Counted from the stretch's first letter, positions 1 through 13,517 are shown. The stretch is DNA of 64,000 bases from Octopus vulgaris (GCA_951406725.2 OX597816.1:72044001-72108000); one strand, 5' to 3'. Numbers and translations are program-made. The notes: generated from the letters alone by a model not told the origin.

Positions 1-452
1 TAATATTCATTTTATTTAGCCTCTAAAATACTTAATATTTTCTCAATTAAAATGCAAAATAATATTCATTTTATTTAGCCTCTAAAATACTTAATATTTT
101 CTCAAGTAAAATGCAAAATAATATTTGTTTTATTTAACTTCTAAAATACTTAATATTTTCTCAATTAAAATGCAAAATAATATTTGTTTTATTTAGCCTC
201 TAAAATACTTAATATTTTCTCAATTAAATGCTAAATAACAATATTCATTTTATTTAACCTCTAAAATACTTAATATTTTCTCAAGTAAAATGCAAAATAA
301 TATTTGTTTTATTTAACTTCTAAAATACTTAATATTTTCTCAATTAAAATGCAAAATAATATTTGTTTTATTTAGCCTCTAAAATACTTAATATTTTCAC
401 GATTTAAAATGCAAAATAACAATATTTGTTTTATTTAACCTCTAAAATACTC
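1..452. repeat. AT-rich tandem minisatellite, ~59-bp unit, ~7.5 copies, intronic
   Basis: Unit AATAATATT(C/T)(A/G)TTTTATTTA(G/A)CCTCTAAAATACTTAATATTTTCTCAA(T/G)TAAAATGCAA repeats from the window start up to the acceptor at 461-463. Confidence 0.95.
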
Positions 453-463
453 TTATATTCCAG

Positions 464-545
464 GAAGATCCTACAGTGTTTCCTTATAATCCATTTGACC
501 CTGAAAGTGATGCAAAAATACTACAGAAAGCTATGAAGGGCTTTG
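464..545 (+). CDS. Annexin (A7/invertebrate annexin B-like), internal exon; upstream exons outside window
   Basis: ttccag|EDPTVFPYNPFDPESDAKILQKAMKGF-G|gtaag; start of annexin repeat 1; ends phase 1. Confidence 0.93.
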
Positions 546-1286
546 GTAAGCACTTAATGAACTTTATAACTTAAATGAATCTGTTTCCATAATGACAAGT
601 ATTGGGTTCTTTTACTTGGAATAGGGCAGGATTTTTTTTTATTAGATGGAGGTCAGTTTTTGACAAGGTGCACACATACAATTGTTTCAATGTACAGGAG
701 AGTGTTCAAATAGGCTGAGGGAAACCAAGCAAGGATTCGTAACAGGAAGGGATTCTGACCATAGAATATTGCCTCAATAACATCTCATCTCATACATTTC
801 ATCAGAGAAGATGTGGATATAAAAACAAGAATTCTGTTTTCTATCATTTAGTTCCTTTGCTTAACCTTAGTTCTTTAAAATAGCGATTTCTTAGAATTAC
901 TGTATTTTGATGTGTATAAGAAACCCTTTTTTGTCAAAATTTAGGTTAAAAAAATTTGGGAGTTTCTCATACATGGATAGTATTATAATCCTGTGCAAAA
1001 CCTTTTTTCCAAATTTTAAACACCCCAAAATTAAGTAAAAATACAGTATATCAACTGTGATACTTGTTGGTTTATTTGTGTCCTCATAACTTAGCAGTTT
1101 GGCTTCATTAAACCCCTCAAGGTGGTGCCCCAGCATGGTAGCAGTGTAAAGACTGAAATAAATAAAAGTCAAAATGTAAAAGATATACCCTCACCACCAC
1201 CACTGAAGATGTACGACAAAGAGAATTTCAGCAGGATTTGAATTCAGAGGCTTAATAACTAAATATTGTTTTTTGACTTAAAATAT

Positions 1287-2404
1287 TGTTATGGAGGCAA
1301 GAAAAAGTAAACGAACAGAAAACATTATGCCCCTTGTTCCCCTTTGTTGGAATTGAACCGGCGCTCCAGTTGTTTAGGACAAAGGAAATACCATTGTCCT
1401 GTCAAAGACCACGATTATTAATGGTCCTAGGCATTGATCTATAGTCCCCACATAGTCACGGAAAGTTAAAAAAAAAAAAATGCTACCCGTTATAAATACG
1501 GCTAGCATTAAGTTAGTTAGTCAGTTGGTAAGGAGCAGTCAGCGAGAAACCGTGAGAGGGTTGTGTGAGCGGAGTGGACAAGGGAGTGAGTTCGAGATGG
1601 TGGAGTCGGCGAGAGGCAGCAACAAAGATGACAGGCGTGGTCTAGAGAGAGACACAGTGAGTGTGAGAGAGAGAGGTAGTAAGGAAGATGACAGTGAAGG
1701 GGCAGAGAGAGACATAAAGAAGCCGGACTGTTATAGTGGAAGTTTTGTGATGTCAGGGGGTGTTGCAGGCGAGGAATATGCGGTAATGTTTTATTTGTGT
1801 TTTGAATTTCGATGTTTAAATGATTGAAAAAGAAAGAGAAAGAAAAAAAAGCGTGTTGTGGGCTGTTTTCAAAAGAAAAGAAAAGGAAGAAAAGAAAAAA
1901 GAACCTGGAAATGTTTTTGTTTTAAAAAGCAGACGGAACTTTGTGAACTGTTGTGTTAAAAAGAAAAGGGGGAGGAGAGTAGAGCTATAAGAGACTGCTG
2001 ATTTTGAACTTTGTGTTAAATGTAAACAAAACGATTTGTCTTGAAAAAAAAAAGACCAAACAGTATTGTGTCAAATGTTAAATGATTTTTTTTTTTTTAA
2101 CTCTGTATTATGTTTAAATGCATTTGATTTGGTTTTTCGAAATTTAAATGATTGTCCTTCGAACTCTGTACATGATTCATCAACCTTTGTTTTGGAATGC
2201 TTTGATTTTGTTTTGAAAAAAAATTGATAAATTACGCAACTTCTGCTGTGTCTCTTTCTTTTGTTGTCGTTGTGTTGGTTCCTGGCTGCGTTCGCCGCCT
2301 TCCCCACTTTCCGTGGTGGATTTCTGGTTTGCTGAGCATCGTCATCGCGAGTTAGGGCCTGTGGTGGAATCAGAAGGCCTTGGGCCCTGAGTGACAGCGT
2401 AACA
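1287..2404 (+). mobile_element. Possible solo LTR
   Basis: Compositionally distinct ~1.1-kb insert with TGTTA...TAACA termini and TATAAATA at 1491; no clean target-site duplication seen. Confidence 0.4.
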
Positions 2405-2446
2405 TTAAATTATGAAAGAAAAATATATTTGTTTTTATTTTTATAG

Positions 2447-2541
2447 GTACTGATGAAGATGCCATCATTGATGTAATAACCCATCGATCATGCGACCAAA
2501 GACAGAAAATAAAGCTAACCTTTAAGACCATGTTTGGAAAG
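2447..2541 (+). CDS. Annexin exon (repeat 1)
   Basis: ttatag|(G)[31 protein letters not shown]|gtgag; completes the KGFGTDE motif; phase matches previous exon. Confidence 0.95.
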
Positions 2542-3184
2542 GTGAGTTAGCACACTTTTGTTTTGAAGCCCCAGGATTCCCACAGCTGTTGTATCAACCA
2601 AATCTATGATCAAATGCATACCAGCCGTGACCATCCTGTTTTTTTTTTGTTTTTTGTTCTTTGCAATCAGATATTGAAATGGATTTGCATATTCTACTGA
2701 AATTGGAGATATAAAAATCAAAAGCAGTTCTTAGATGATTTGAACTCTGGATTTAAAGGGGGAAAGCTAAATTTCGTATTTGATGGCACATATGATGCAT
2801 TTTTTTGTCCAAGAAAATGTTTCAAAGAATCATCTTGGATCCTATATGATATTGGGCCTCCTGTATGCTAATTTTGTCCCTGACACTCTCTGCTATATTC
2901 TAATTTTAATCCAGACTGTCTCCTCTGCTTATCTCGTATCCAAGTCGGAGATTTGTAGCTTGTAATTGAGCCACTTCATCTTGATGGATGTGAAGGGTTC
3001 TGGCGCCTGAAGTGGCTGTTCAGCCAAGGACAATATAGAAGAGCAGGGGAGTTGTTGTTGCAGCTCTGCTCATTCAGGTGTAATTTGGTTAAACAATAAC
3101 AGCTGCCTTCACATTCAACACCAGAAATAAACCATGCAGACAGAAGTCAAAAGATTATAATTTCTGAAACCATTTTATTCACAG

Positions 3185-3298
3185 GATTTAATAAAAGAAT
3201 TGAAAAGTGAACTTAGTGGTTGTTTCTGTGATACAATTCTTGGTCTTTGTATGACACCAGTTGAATTTGATGCCACCAATCTAAATAAAGCCATGAAG
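3185..3298 (+). CDS. Annexin exon (repeat 1/2)
   Basis: cacag|DLIKELKSELSGCFCDTILGLCMTPVEFDATNLNKAMK|gtaag. Confidence 0.95.
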
Positions 3299-3995
3299 GT
3301 AAGTTGGATGAGAAAAGAATATAGTTTCATCATTATCATTGTTGTTTAATGTCTGCTTTCCATGTTGGCATGGGTTGGATGGTTTGATTGAGGATGGCAA
3401 GACAGGAGGCTGCACCAGGCTCCAGTCTGATCTGGGAAGGTTCCTACTGCTAGATGCCCTTCCTAATGTTAGCCACTCTGAGAGTATACTGGGTGCTTTT
3501 TACATACCACTGGCATGGAGCCAGTCAGATGGCACTGGCATCGATCTCGCTTGAATGATGCTTTTTATGTGCCACTGGGACGGGTGCCAATCAGGTAGCA
3601 CTGGCATTAACCACACTCAAATGATGCTTTTTACATGCCACCGACACATGTGCCAGTCAGGTGGCACTGGCATCGACCACACTTGAATGGTGCTTTTTAC
3701 ATGCCACTGGCATCAGCCATGACAGCGATTTTACTTGACTCAATAGATCTTCAAAAGCACGCACATTGTCCGATAATTGAAGAGAACTCTTAAATGGTCT
3801 GGTTATGCAACACTGGCATTGGCCATAGCTAAGATCTCACTTAGCTTGCCAGGTCTTTTCAAGCACAGCATGTCCCCAATTCCTATCTTACATAACTTTA
3901 GATTTAATAGGGTCCAAAAGACAGAAAAGTCAAAACCCAAAGGAATTAATGGTGGTCAGCATTGGTAATAATTATTCTCTAAAGTTCTTGCATTT

Positions 3996-4272
3996 TACAG
4001 TTCTATATTTAAGAGATGAGGAATTATGTGCATTATTTATGGTGTAGTAGTTAAGAGCGCAGGTTACCAACCCCAAGATTCCGAGTTTGATTCCAGGCAG
4101 TGACCTGAATAATAATAACAATAATGATGATGATGATGATAATGAGAACCCATGTTCGAAATTTCCCCAAGACACCTGATGAAGGCTGGAGAATATATCA
4201 ACCGAAACGTTGTGTTAACAACAAACAAGATTAGGACAAATATCTGTTGAATGTAAATAATGTAAATAATTC
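3996..4272 (+). mobile_element. tRNA-headed, hammerhead-containing short retroelement
   Basis: A-box-like TGGTGTAGTAGTTAA (4040), B-box-like GAGTTTGATTCC (4083), (AAT/GAT)n spacer, hammerhead, and a tail whose end is inverted at 4021-4039. Confidence 0.6.
4171..4216 (+). ncRNA. Minimal type-I hammerhead ribozyme motif
   Basis: GACAC-CUGAUGA-aGGcUGgagaauauauCAaCC-GAAA-CG-UU-GUGUU: stem I GACAC/GUGUU, canonical core, palindromic stem III AACGUU. Confidence 0.75.
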
Positions 4273-4512
4273 TTGCATTTTGATAAGCTTGTGTGTACTA
4301 AAGAAACAAAACTTCTCAACTGAAATTGTTTTTTGTGCCTGTATCAAAGAGCCATTGAAATTATTAACTTATGAGAGCTGCCTCTGTCTTGCCTCCTTTA
4401 GACCAGAACTTAAACCACTTAATGCAATTTGGTCTCAGAGTCCTGTCAAAAGTCATGTGGCCAGCCCCTCCCTCTAAATACAGACAGTAAGAATATAAAT
4501 AAAGTTGTGATA

Positions 4513-4812
4513 CCAGTGCTGGTGGCATGTAAAAGAACCATCCAAACGTGGCGGTTGCCAGCACCGCCTCGACTGGCCTCCGTACCAGTAGAACGTAAAA
4601 AGCACCAACCGGTCATGGCCGTTGCGAGCCTCGCCTGGCACGTAAAAAGCACCCACTACACTCACAGAGTGGTTGATGTTAGGAAGGGCATCCAGCTGTA
4701 GAAATACTGCCAGATCAGACTGGGCCTGGTGCAGCCTCCTGGATTCCCAGACTCCAGTTGAACCATCCAACCCATCCTAGCATGGAAAGCGGACGTTAAA
4801 TGATGATGATGA
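4513..4812 (+). mobile_element. SINE-like family C with (GAT)n tail; many other copies, e.g. 3330-3720(-), 5061-5328(-), 11629-11915(-), 12623-12822(-), 19047-19393, 25205-25457, 31646-31825, 38035-38280, 38320-38567(-), 53385-53581
   Basis: Shared core GGCACGTAAAAAGCACCCACTACACTC..GAGTGGTTGGCGTTAGGAAGGGCATCCAGCTGTAGAAA...CATGGAAAGCGGACGTTAAA(TGA)n, with ~45-bp internal subrepeats. Confidence 0.85.
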
Positions 4813-5432
4813 GATCGGAACATTTAATATATAACTACTCTTTTATTCTTCTTACTTGTCATTTGATTGCGGCCATGCTGGAGCATCACCTTGTGGGGTT
4901 TTAGTCAAAGAAATTGACCCCAGGACTTAATTTTTTAAGCCTAGTACTTATTTCTATCAGTCTCTTTTGCTGAACTGCTAAGTTACAAGGACTTAAAAAC
5001 ACCGACACCAGCTGTCTACGGTGATGAGGGGGACAAATACAAACACACGAACATAGATATCATCATTGTTTAACGTCCGTTTTCCATGCTAGCATGGGTT
5101 GGACAGTTCAACCGGGGTCTGGGAAGCCAGAAGGCTGCACCAGGCTCCAGTCTGATCTGGCAGTGTTTCTACAGCTGGATGCCTCTCCTAATGCCAACCA
5201 CTCAATGCTTTTTATGTGCCACCAGCACAGGTGCCAGGCGAGGCTGGCAACAGCCACAATTAGTTGGTGCTTTTTACATGCCACTGGCACGGAAGCCAGT
5301 CAAGGCGGCACTGGCATCGGCCACATTCAGATATAGATATATACATGTATACACAATGGATTCCTTTGACCAAATGCACTTGTGAGACTTTTCTTTTAAC
5401 ATACATATCTCAGGTAACATTTTTCTATCCAG

Positions 5433-5523
5433 GGTTTGGGTACAAATGAGAAAACTTTGATTGAAATAATCTGTACCAGAACAAACCAACAGCTGAAAGA
5501 AATCAAAGAAGTTTATAAAACAA
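5433..5523 (+). CDS. Annexin exon (repeat 2)
   Basis: tccag|[30 protein letters not shown]+A|gtaag. Confidence 0.95.
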
Positions 5524-5810
5524 GTAAGTGACTTAATTTAATTATTTTAAATTTTTCTTCATTTCAATCTATACCAGGACAAACCAACAGCGAAAAGAAA
5601 TCAAAGTAGTTTATAAAACAAATGGCTTAATTTAATTTTTTTTATAATTGTCTTTTTCATTCCATAGAAATTTATCATATGATAAGGCAAATAAAATATC
5701 CAGTTATTATATAGCTGTCTATTTAGGTTTAGTATGTGTGTATATATCATTTCCTTGATACGTGCATATACTAAACTTAAAACCAATATCTTTGATCCTT
5801 TTCTTCTAAG

Positions 5811-6137
5811 TGTTCAAGAACAGCCTGGAAGATGACATAGCAGGCGATACATCAGGACACTTCAGGAACCTGTTAATCAGTCTTGTACAAGGAAACCGAG
5901 ATGAAAAGAAGTCTTTTGATCGAAACAAGGCTAAGCAAGATGCTGAAGAACTTTACAAGGCTGGAGAAAAGAAATGGGGAACTGATGAATCTTGCTTTAA
6001 TGCCATTCTTTGTTCAAGGAGCTATTCTCAGTTGCGAGCCATTTTCCAAGAATATATTTTATTATCACAGAAGGATATAGAAGATGTCATCAAATCAGAA
6101 ATGTCAGGAGACCTCAAAAACAGTATGCTGGCCATAG
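5811..6137 (+). CDS. Annexin exon (repeats 2-3)
   Basis: ctaag|(M)FKNSLEDDIAGDTSGHFRNLLISL...GEKKWGTDES...KSEMSGDLKNSMLAI+G|gtaag; GEKKWGTDE is typical of repeat 3. Confidence 0.96.
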
Positions 6138-8332
6138 GTAAGACATTCAGTCTGCATTTTCTTGTTTAATTTCGTAGATTGCCTATTTCAACAGTGTCCA
6201 GGTTGGGGTTTCATGTTCATGGGTTTAGCTGGATGCCCTTCCTAATGCCAACCACTCCAAGAATGTAATGGCTACTTTTACGTGTTGCTGGTACAGGTGC
6301 CAGTTGCATGAGTACAATTTCACTTGGCTTAATGGGTCTTCTTTTCAAGCACAGCATATTGCCAAAGGTCTTGGTCATTTGTCGTTGCCTGTATGAATCC
6401 CAATACTCGAAAGGGGGGGGCTCTTTACGTACCACCAGCACAGGTGCTCGTTATGCAACCCCGACACAGGTGCTGGTTACATTGCACCAGCATCAGCCAC
6501 ATTACCTCCTTGAGACCCAATGCTCCAAAGGGGTGGTTTACATGCCACCGGCATGGGCACTAGTTACACAACACCAGCATTGGCCACATTGCCTCTGTAA
6601 TGCTCCAAAGCTGCTTTTTACATTCTACTGGCATAAGTGCCAGTTACATAACACTAGCATCAGCCAAACTCTCTTTACTCTTTTACTTGTTTCAGTTATG
6701 TGACTGTGGCCATGCAGGAGCATTGCCTTTAGTCAAGGAAATCGACCCCAGGACTTATCCTTTGTAAGCCTAGTACTTATTCTATCGGTCTCTTTTGCCG
6801 AACCACTAAGTTAAGGGGACGTAAACACACCAGCATCAGTTGTCAAGTTATATTGGGGGGGACAAACATAGACACACAAACATATACACACAAACATATA
6901 CACACACATACATATACGACGGGCTTCTTTCAGTTTCCGTCTAACAAATCCACTCACAAGGCTTTGGTCGGCCTGAGGCTATAAGTAGAAGACACTTGCC
7001 CAAGGTGCCACACAGTGGGACTGGACCTGGAACTATGTGGTTCGTAAGCAAGCTACTTACCACACAGCATATCACCAAAGGTCTCAATCACTAGTCATTG
7101 CTTCCGTGAGGCCCAGCTTTCAAAGATCATGCTTCACCATCTCAACTCGTGTTTTCCCTGTTCTACCTCTTCCACAGTTAGAGATCAGCACTTCTTTACA
7201 CAGCTGTCCTTGTCCATATAATAATATATGATTATAATATATAATAATTTTCTCAACTGGTTACTGCACAGTTTCTACTCTGCTATATTCCACACTCAAA
7301 ATGTTGGTTTAACCAGAAGTTAAGGTACAAGGCTATAATAGAAAACACTTGCCCAAGGTGCTACACAGTGGTGCAGAACCCAGAACCATGTGGGTGGCAA
7401 GCAAACCTCTTACTACATAGCCACACCGGTAAGACGTGCAATGGAATTGAACTCAGAACCATGTGATTGTAAAGTAAACTTGTTAGCCTTACAACTGTAC
7501 TTGTAGCATGGGCAGGGTTTGACTGTAGGCACTCACTGTTTTAGGCCCAGCTCAGTCCTGATGGTCAAAGACATTATACTCCTGGTCATCCTGTTTTGCC
7601 GAGTTTAGCACATCAAAGCAATGGACACAAAAAGAAGACAACACAGCAGGGCGAAGTTTTAATGAATGTTGTATTTGTTAAATGCTTAAAAGGAAGAGGG
7701 TTGTGACGTTTTGGATGCTAGTCCTTCATCAGAAAAAAAAAATGAGAAAGGTGGTAGGAAAAATAGAAAGAATGAGAAAAGGCAGTTAGATAGAAAAATA
7801 AAACATTAGAGTCTAGACGAGAATGCAGTTCTATGGGGGTGGATTAGAAAGACTTGAGGTGGTAGGGTGGATTGTGCAGGTATAGGGAAGTATCTATGTA
7901 TATAGAGGAGTATAGGGGGAGCTGTGTGTGTGTGTGGTGGTATGACATATATATGGTTTCTTGGGGTGTAGTTGTGTGGGAGGTTGGTGTTTAGGTGTAA
8001 CAGTATATCTAGGACTACATTTTCTAATGTATGCTTTATTTTGGGACAGTAGGGGTAACATTAAAACTCAATGATTTAGACCAGGATCGAGAATATATGG
8101 TCACTCAATCTGCTAGAAATGGCAGTTAAATCTTCTTTAAATCAAACCTTACTGTTTACAAAAAAAAAGAGGGAAGACATAGATAATAAAAAAAAATAGG
8201 ATGGTCATGGGTGGATGCTCCTTTAATATGATGTTCTTTATTAGAACTGTCCTGGGACTGAATAAAAAAGTGATTAGTTTTTTTGTTGTTGTCATTTCTG
8301 TTGTATTGATCTCTTTTATATTTTCTTTTTAG

Positions 8333-8514
8333 TTCAATGCATTCGAAACAAGGCCATGTTTTTTGCCAGTGCCCTGTACAAAGCTATGAAAGGACTTGGT
8401 ACTGATGACAAAACTGTAATTCGGATTATCGTATCACGTTCAGAGGTTGATATGGTACAAATAAAGCAGGAGTTTCAGAAAGCATACAAAGAGACTTTGG
8501 AAAGTTTCCTTAAA
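8333..8514 (+). CDS. Annexin exon (repeat 4)
   Basis: tttag|(V)QCIRNKAMFFASALYKAMKGLGTDDKTVIRIIVSRSEVDMVQIKQEFQKAYKETLESFLK|gtagg. Confidence 0.96.
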
Positions 8515-9642
8515 GTAGGTATTGACTGGCTTCATTTTCTGTGTGTGTGTGTGTGAGAGAGAGAGAGAAAGTGTGTGTGTGTGAGAGAGAGAGAGAGAAA
8601 GAAATATAAGAGGGGTGGTGTGAGGCGAGAGAGTAATGAAAGGACAAAGCAGGGAGAAATAAATACTTGACTCTCGCACTTGCAAAGGAAGTAAAAATGC
8701 ATGAGAATGTCTGTGTGTAAGTTTGTGTTAGTATGTGTTTGTTTGTACAGGTATGCATGTGTGTGTGTGTGTATATGTGTGTGTCTGTGTGTGTATATGT
8801 TTGTCATGGCTTTTTTTTTTCTCCAGCCATAGAAACCATGCCAAATCAGACTGGAGTCTGATGCAGCCCCTCAGCTTATCAACCCTGGCTAAACCATCCA
8901 ACCCCTACCAACATGGACAACAGACATTAAATGATATATATATATATATATGCATACATACACACACACACATGCAGTGGCATGAAAGATAAATCAAGAA
9001 ATTAACAGTAAGAAGCTTGCTTCCCAACCACATGGTTTTGGGTTCAGACCCACTGCATGGCACCTTGGACAGGTGCCCTCTGCTATAGCCTCAGGCTAAC
9101 CAAAGTGGATTTGGTTGACAGAAACTGAAAGAAGCCCATCATATGTGTGTGTATATATATATATACTGTATCTTCGTGTCTGTCTCTCCTATTACTGCTT
9201 GACAACAGGTCTTGGCGTTTTTATGTCCCCGTAACTTAGTGGTTCAGCAAAAGAGACTAATAGAATAAGTACTAGGCTTTAAAAAAGAAAGTTCTGGGCT
9301 CAATTTGTTCAATTAAAACTCTTGACCAGTGCTCCAGCATGACTGAAATAAGTAAAAAAAAAAAAAGATAAAATAATATATTGGTTGACATTCAGAAGGG
9401 CGTCCAATCATTGAAACCATGCCAAAGCAGAGAATGGAGCCTGATGCTGCTCTGTGAAACCATCTCACCCATACCATCATGAAAAACAGACATTGAATGA
9501 TGATGATGTTGTGGATGGATGGATGGATGTATGTGTGAAGGGGTAAGTATATGTATGTGACGAATTGTGTTTATGTGTTTAAATCTGTGTTCTGATGGTC
9601 AATACATATTTATTATCCGTGTTTTCTTGCTTGTTTCAACAG

Positions 9643-9699
9643 GGTGACTTATCAGGGGATTACTTGAAAACCATGTTGAATTTAACTGGAAATAACTAA
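9643..9699 (+). CDS. Annexin last coding exon
   Basis: aacag|GDLSGDYLKTMLNLTGNN-TAA; canonical annexin C-terminal SGDY motif. Confidence 0.94.
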   Translation, partial: GDLSGDYLKTMLNLTGNN

Positions 9700-9825
9700 A
9701 AGAAAAGAAAAAAAACATTCAAGGTCAGTAAAGCACCAGTTTAACCCTTTTGATACTAACCTGTAAGACTACTTTTGCTTCTACACTGAACTGATATCCT
9801 TTGTATCCAACTTATTCCATATCTC

Positions 9826-10050
9826 TTAACCCTTTTGTTAACTGAAACCAGCTCTGGCTCTGTACAAATGTCTTATTTTCATAAGTTTTGAATTAAACTC
9901 TTCCACCAAACCTTAGTCGCAATTTCTGTTCCTAACACTAGCTTAATGATAACTTAATGATAAGTTATTTTTCTAAATTCTTTGTTATATTTAAAGTAAT
10001 TGGAAGAAATACAGAGCATCTCAAAATAAATACAGTAACGAAAGGGTTAA
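9826..10050. mobile_element. piggyBac-type MITE
   Basis: TTAA|CCCTTT...AAAGGG|TTAA; near-identical copy at 26923-27151. Confidence 0.85.
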
Positions 10051-12825
10051 TCCTCTAGTATTGACATTATTGTCAAAGATAATGCTTATTTATTCAAAAT
10101 TGTTTTGAATTAATCATGCATTATCTTTGTTTTGAATTAATCATGCATTATCTTGTAGCTTTGTAATTTTGATAAGGTAACTGTTAATTTTTTAAAATGA
10201 TATAGTAGGGTTATTGAACATAAAACAGGTAGAATATTTTGGCTAGTCATGGCTGGTTTAAATTCTAAATACTCAATTCATCTGTCACATTATTTTCACT
10301 CGGAGCACTTCCAGTTTTGTCGCATATTCACATTATGCCTGGACTGCTTAACTCTTTTTCTTTCTCTCACTTCCCAGGCAAGCTATGTATGCACTTCTTC
10401 AGCAAGACACTTACTTCTCTCTCTGTATTTCTTTCTCCAGTCTAAACCCCGTTCGGTTGAAGGGTCTTGTCTTGTGGGTACTTGGTGACTTTGCCAATGT
10501 TGGTTGCCATGTAAAAAGCTCTGAGTACACTCTGCGAAGTGATTGATGCTAGGAAGGACATCCAGCTGTAGAAGCTAAGCCAAAGCAGACAGAGAAACTG
10601 ACAAAGAAGCCCTCTGGCTTGTCTGTTTCTGCTAAAATCATCCGACCCATGTCAGGATGGAAAAAGGGACATTAAATATGATGACAAATACAAGTTTCCT
10701 TTTTTCAAAGTGATCTAAATTAAAACCTTCCATCAAACTTTTATGCAAATTTATGCTCCAAACACCAGCTTCACAATGACAGCTATTTTATTAAATTCTT
10801 AATTATTAAAAAAAAATTAACATATTGCTAGCATGGAAAACGGATGTTAAACGATGATGATGATAACTGAAACAAAGGGAGTGCATTTCAGCAGAAATCT
10901 GGTCACTTCTTGTGGAAAGATATACAAACCTGGAAAGTTTAATTAAAAATCTTCGCAGTGTGGTAATAAGTTTGCTTTCCAACCACATGGTTCCAGGTTC
11001 AGTCCCACTGTATGGCACCTTGGGCAAGTGTCCTCTACTATTGCCTACAGGCCAACCAGAACCTTGTAAGTGGATTTGGCAGACAAACTGAAGGAAGCCC
11101 ATCATGTACGTATACATGTATATGTGTGTATCTTTCTTTCTGTCTTTGTCCCTCACCACTGCTTCTTCAAAGAAGTAGTACCCCAACATAGCCACTGTCT
11201 AATTGAAACAAGTAAAAAATGAAAGCTAGTGTAAGGAAGCTTCTGTTTATCTTTCTAACATTATTTGCCTTGTGACCCCCATTCCTTACTCTTCATTATT
11301 CTCTCTTAACCATCTCCCTTATTTATTCTTTCTTTTACATTTCCTACCAATACTGAATCCGGATTGAGTAGTAAGGAGGAAAAAAACAATATCTTTTTAA
11401 GGAGAGGTTCAAACACAAATGTTTTTCCTAAACATTACAATGCATTATAATATACAATGTAGTCCAGTGCCCTGGACTACATTATTAGACATAGCATACA
11501 TGGGGGAGAACATTATCAAACATAGTATATCTGGGACCACATTATTACCTCTAGGGTAGCGGGGATTACATTATCACTCACAGCCTAGCTGGGACTGTTT
11601 TATTAGACTACATTAACAAAAATAATGTATCATCATCGTTTAACGTCCGTTTTCCATGCTAGCACGGGTTGGACGGTTCGACCGGGGTCTGGGAATCCAG
11701 GAGGCTGCACCAGGCTCCAGTCTGATCTGGCAGTGTTTCTACAGCTGGATGCCCTTCCTAATGCCAACCACTCCATGAGTGCTTTTTACGTGCCAGGGGA
11801 GTCTGGCAGCGGTCACGATCGGTTGGTGCTTTTTACGTGCCACCGGCACAGAAGCCAATCAAGGTAGCGCTGGCATCGGCCACGTTCGGATGGTGCTTTT
11901 TACATGCCACCGGCAAGTATAAATTATAAAACAGTATACATAGAACTACATTATCAAATACTTCATGAGTGAGAAACATTATAAGACATAGCATATCTGG
12001 AACAACATTATCAGACTGTTTCAAACATTTCATTGTCAGACAATGTATAAAAGGTTGCATTATCCTCCTTTTATGTTAAAATATGAAACAAAAACATTAG
12101 AAATAAACTAAGCCACCAACCTCAAGCAATCAATGCATATGGAAATACGTTTCACTAATTTTCAATTTCTCTCCATTCAAATATTTTGGGCATAAAAGCT
12201 TGAATTGAAATTCTCATCACTATTTCCTTTTTATAGAGATAAGTGTTTGAATATTTCTCAACAAAGCCGTGTATCTGTGTAGCAGACACATCTATGCATC
12301 TGTTGAGATTATAGTAACATGCATATCTAATTGATGTTACAGCTATAGGTCTATGTAGTTGACTTTATAGCCATGTCCCCAAATAAAATAAAATAAAATA
12401 AAACATCAGGTGGTTGCTAATGTCATCAAAGCAGTTACAAATTAGTTATACAGACGTAGGTATAAATATAATTTAGCATACAAGGAAATAGAAGTCCACA
12501 GTAGTTTTTCATAGAGCACATACTCCTCGGATATCTATCTGTCTTATATCATAAGAGAGAGGGCTATCTAGGCAGTCCTTTACAGCTGTTTCTAGGGTTT
12601 GATAATCAGTCAGAACAGCAGTCATCATCATCATCATTTAACATCCGCTTTCCATGCTAGCATAGGTTGGACAGTTCAACTGGAGTCTGGGAAGCCAGAA
12701 GGCTGCACCAGGCTCAGTCTGATCTGGCAGTGTTTCTACAGCTGGATGCCCTTCCTAACGCCAACCACTCCGTGAGTGTAGTAGGTGCTTTTTACGTGCC
12801 AGACGAGGCTGGCATCGGCCACCGT

Positions 12826-13517
<692 letters not shown>

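Noticed and set aside
1480-1827. 115-aa ORF
   Set aside because: GA-rich low-complexity sequence inside a probable solo LTR in an annexin intron.
3480-3720. CRISPR-like array of ~45-bp units
   Set aside because: These are internal subrepeats of a dispersed SINE-like family in a eukaryotic intron, with no unique spacers or cas genes.
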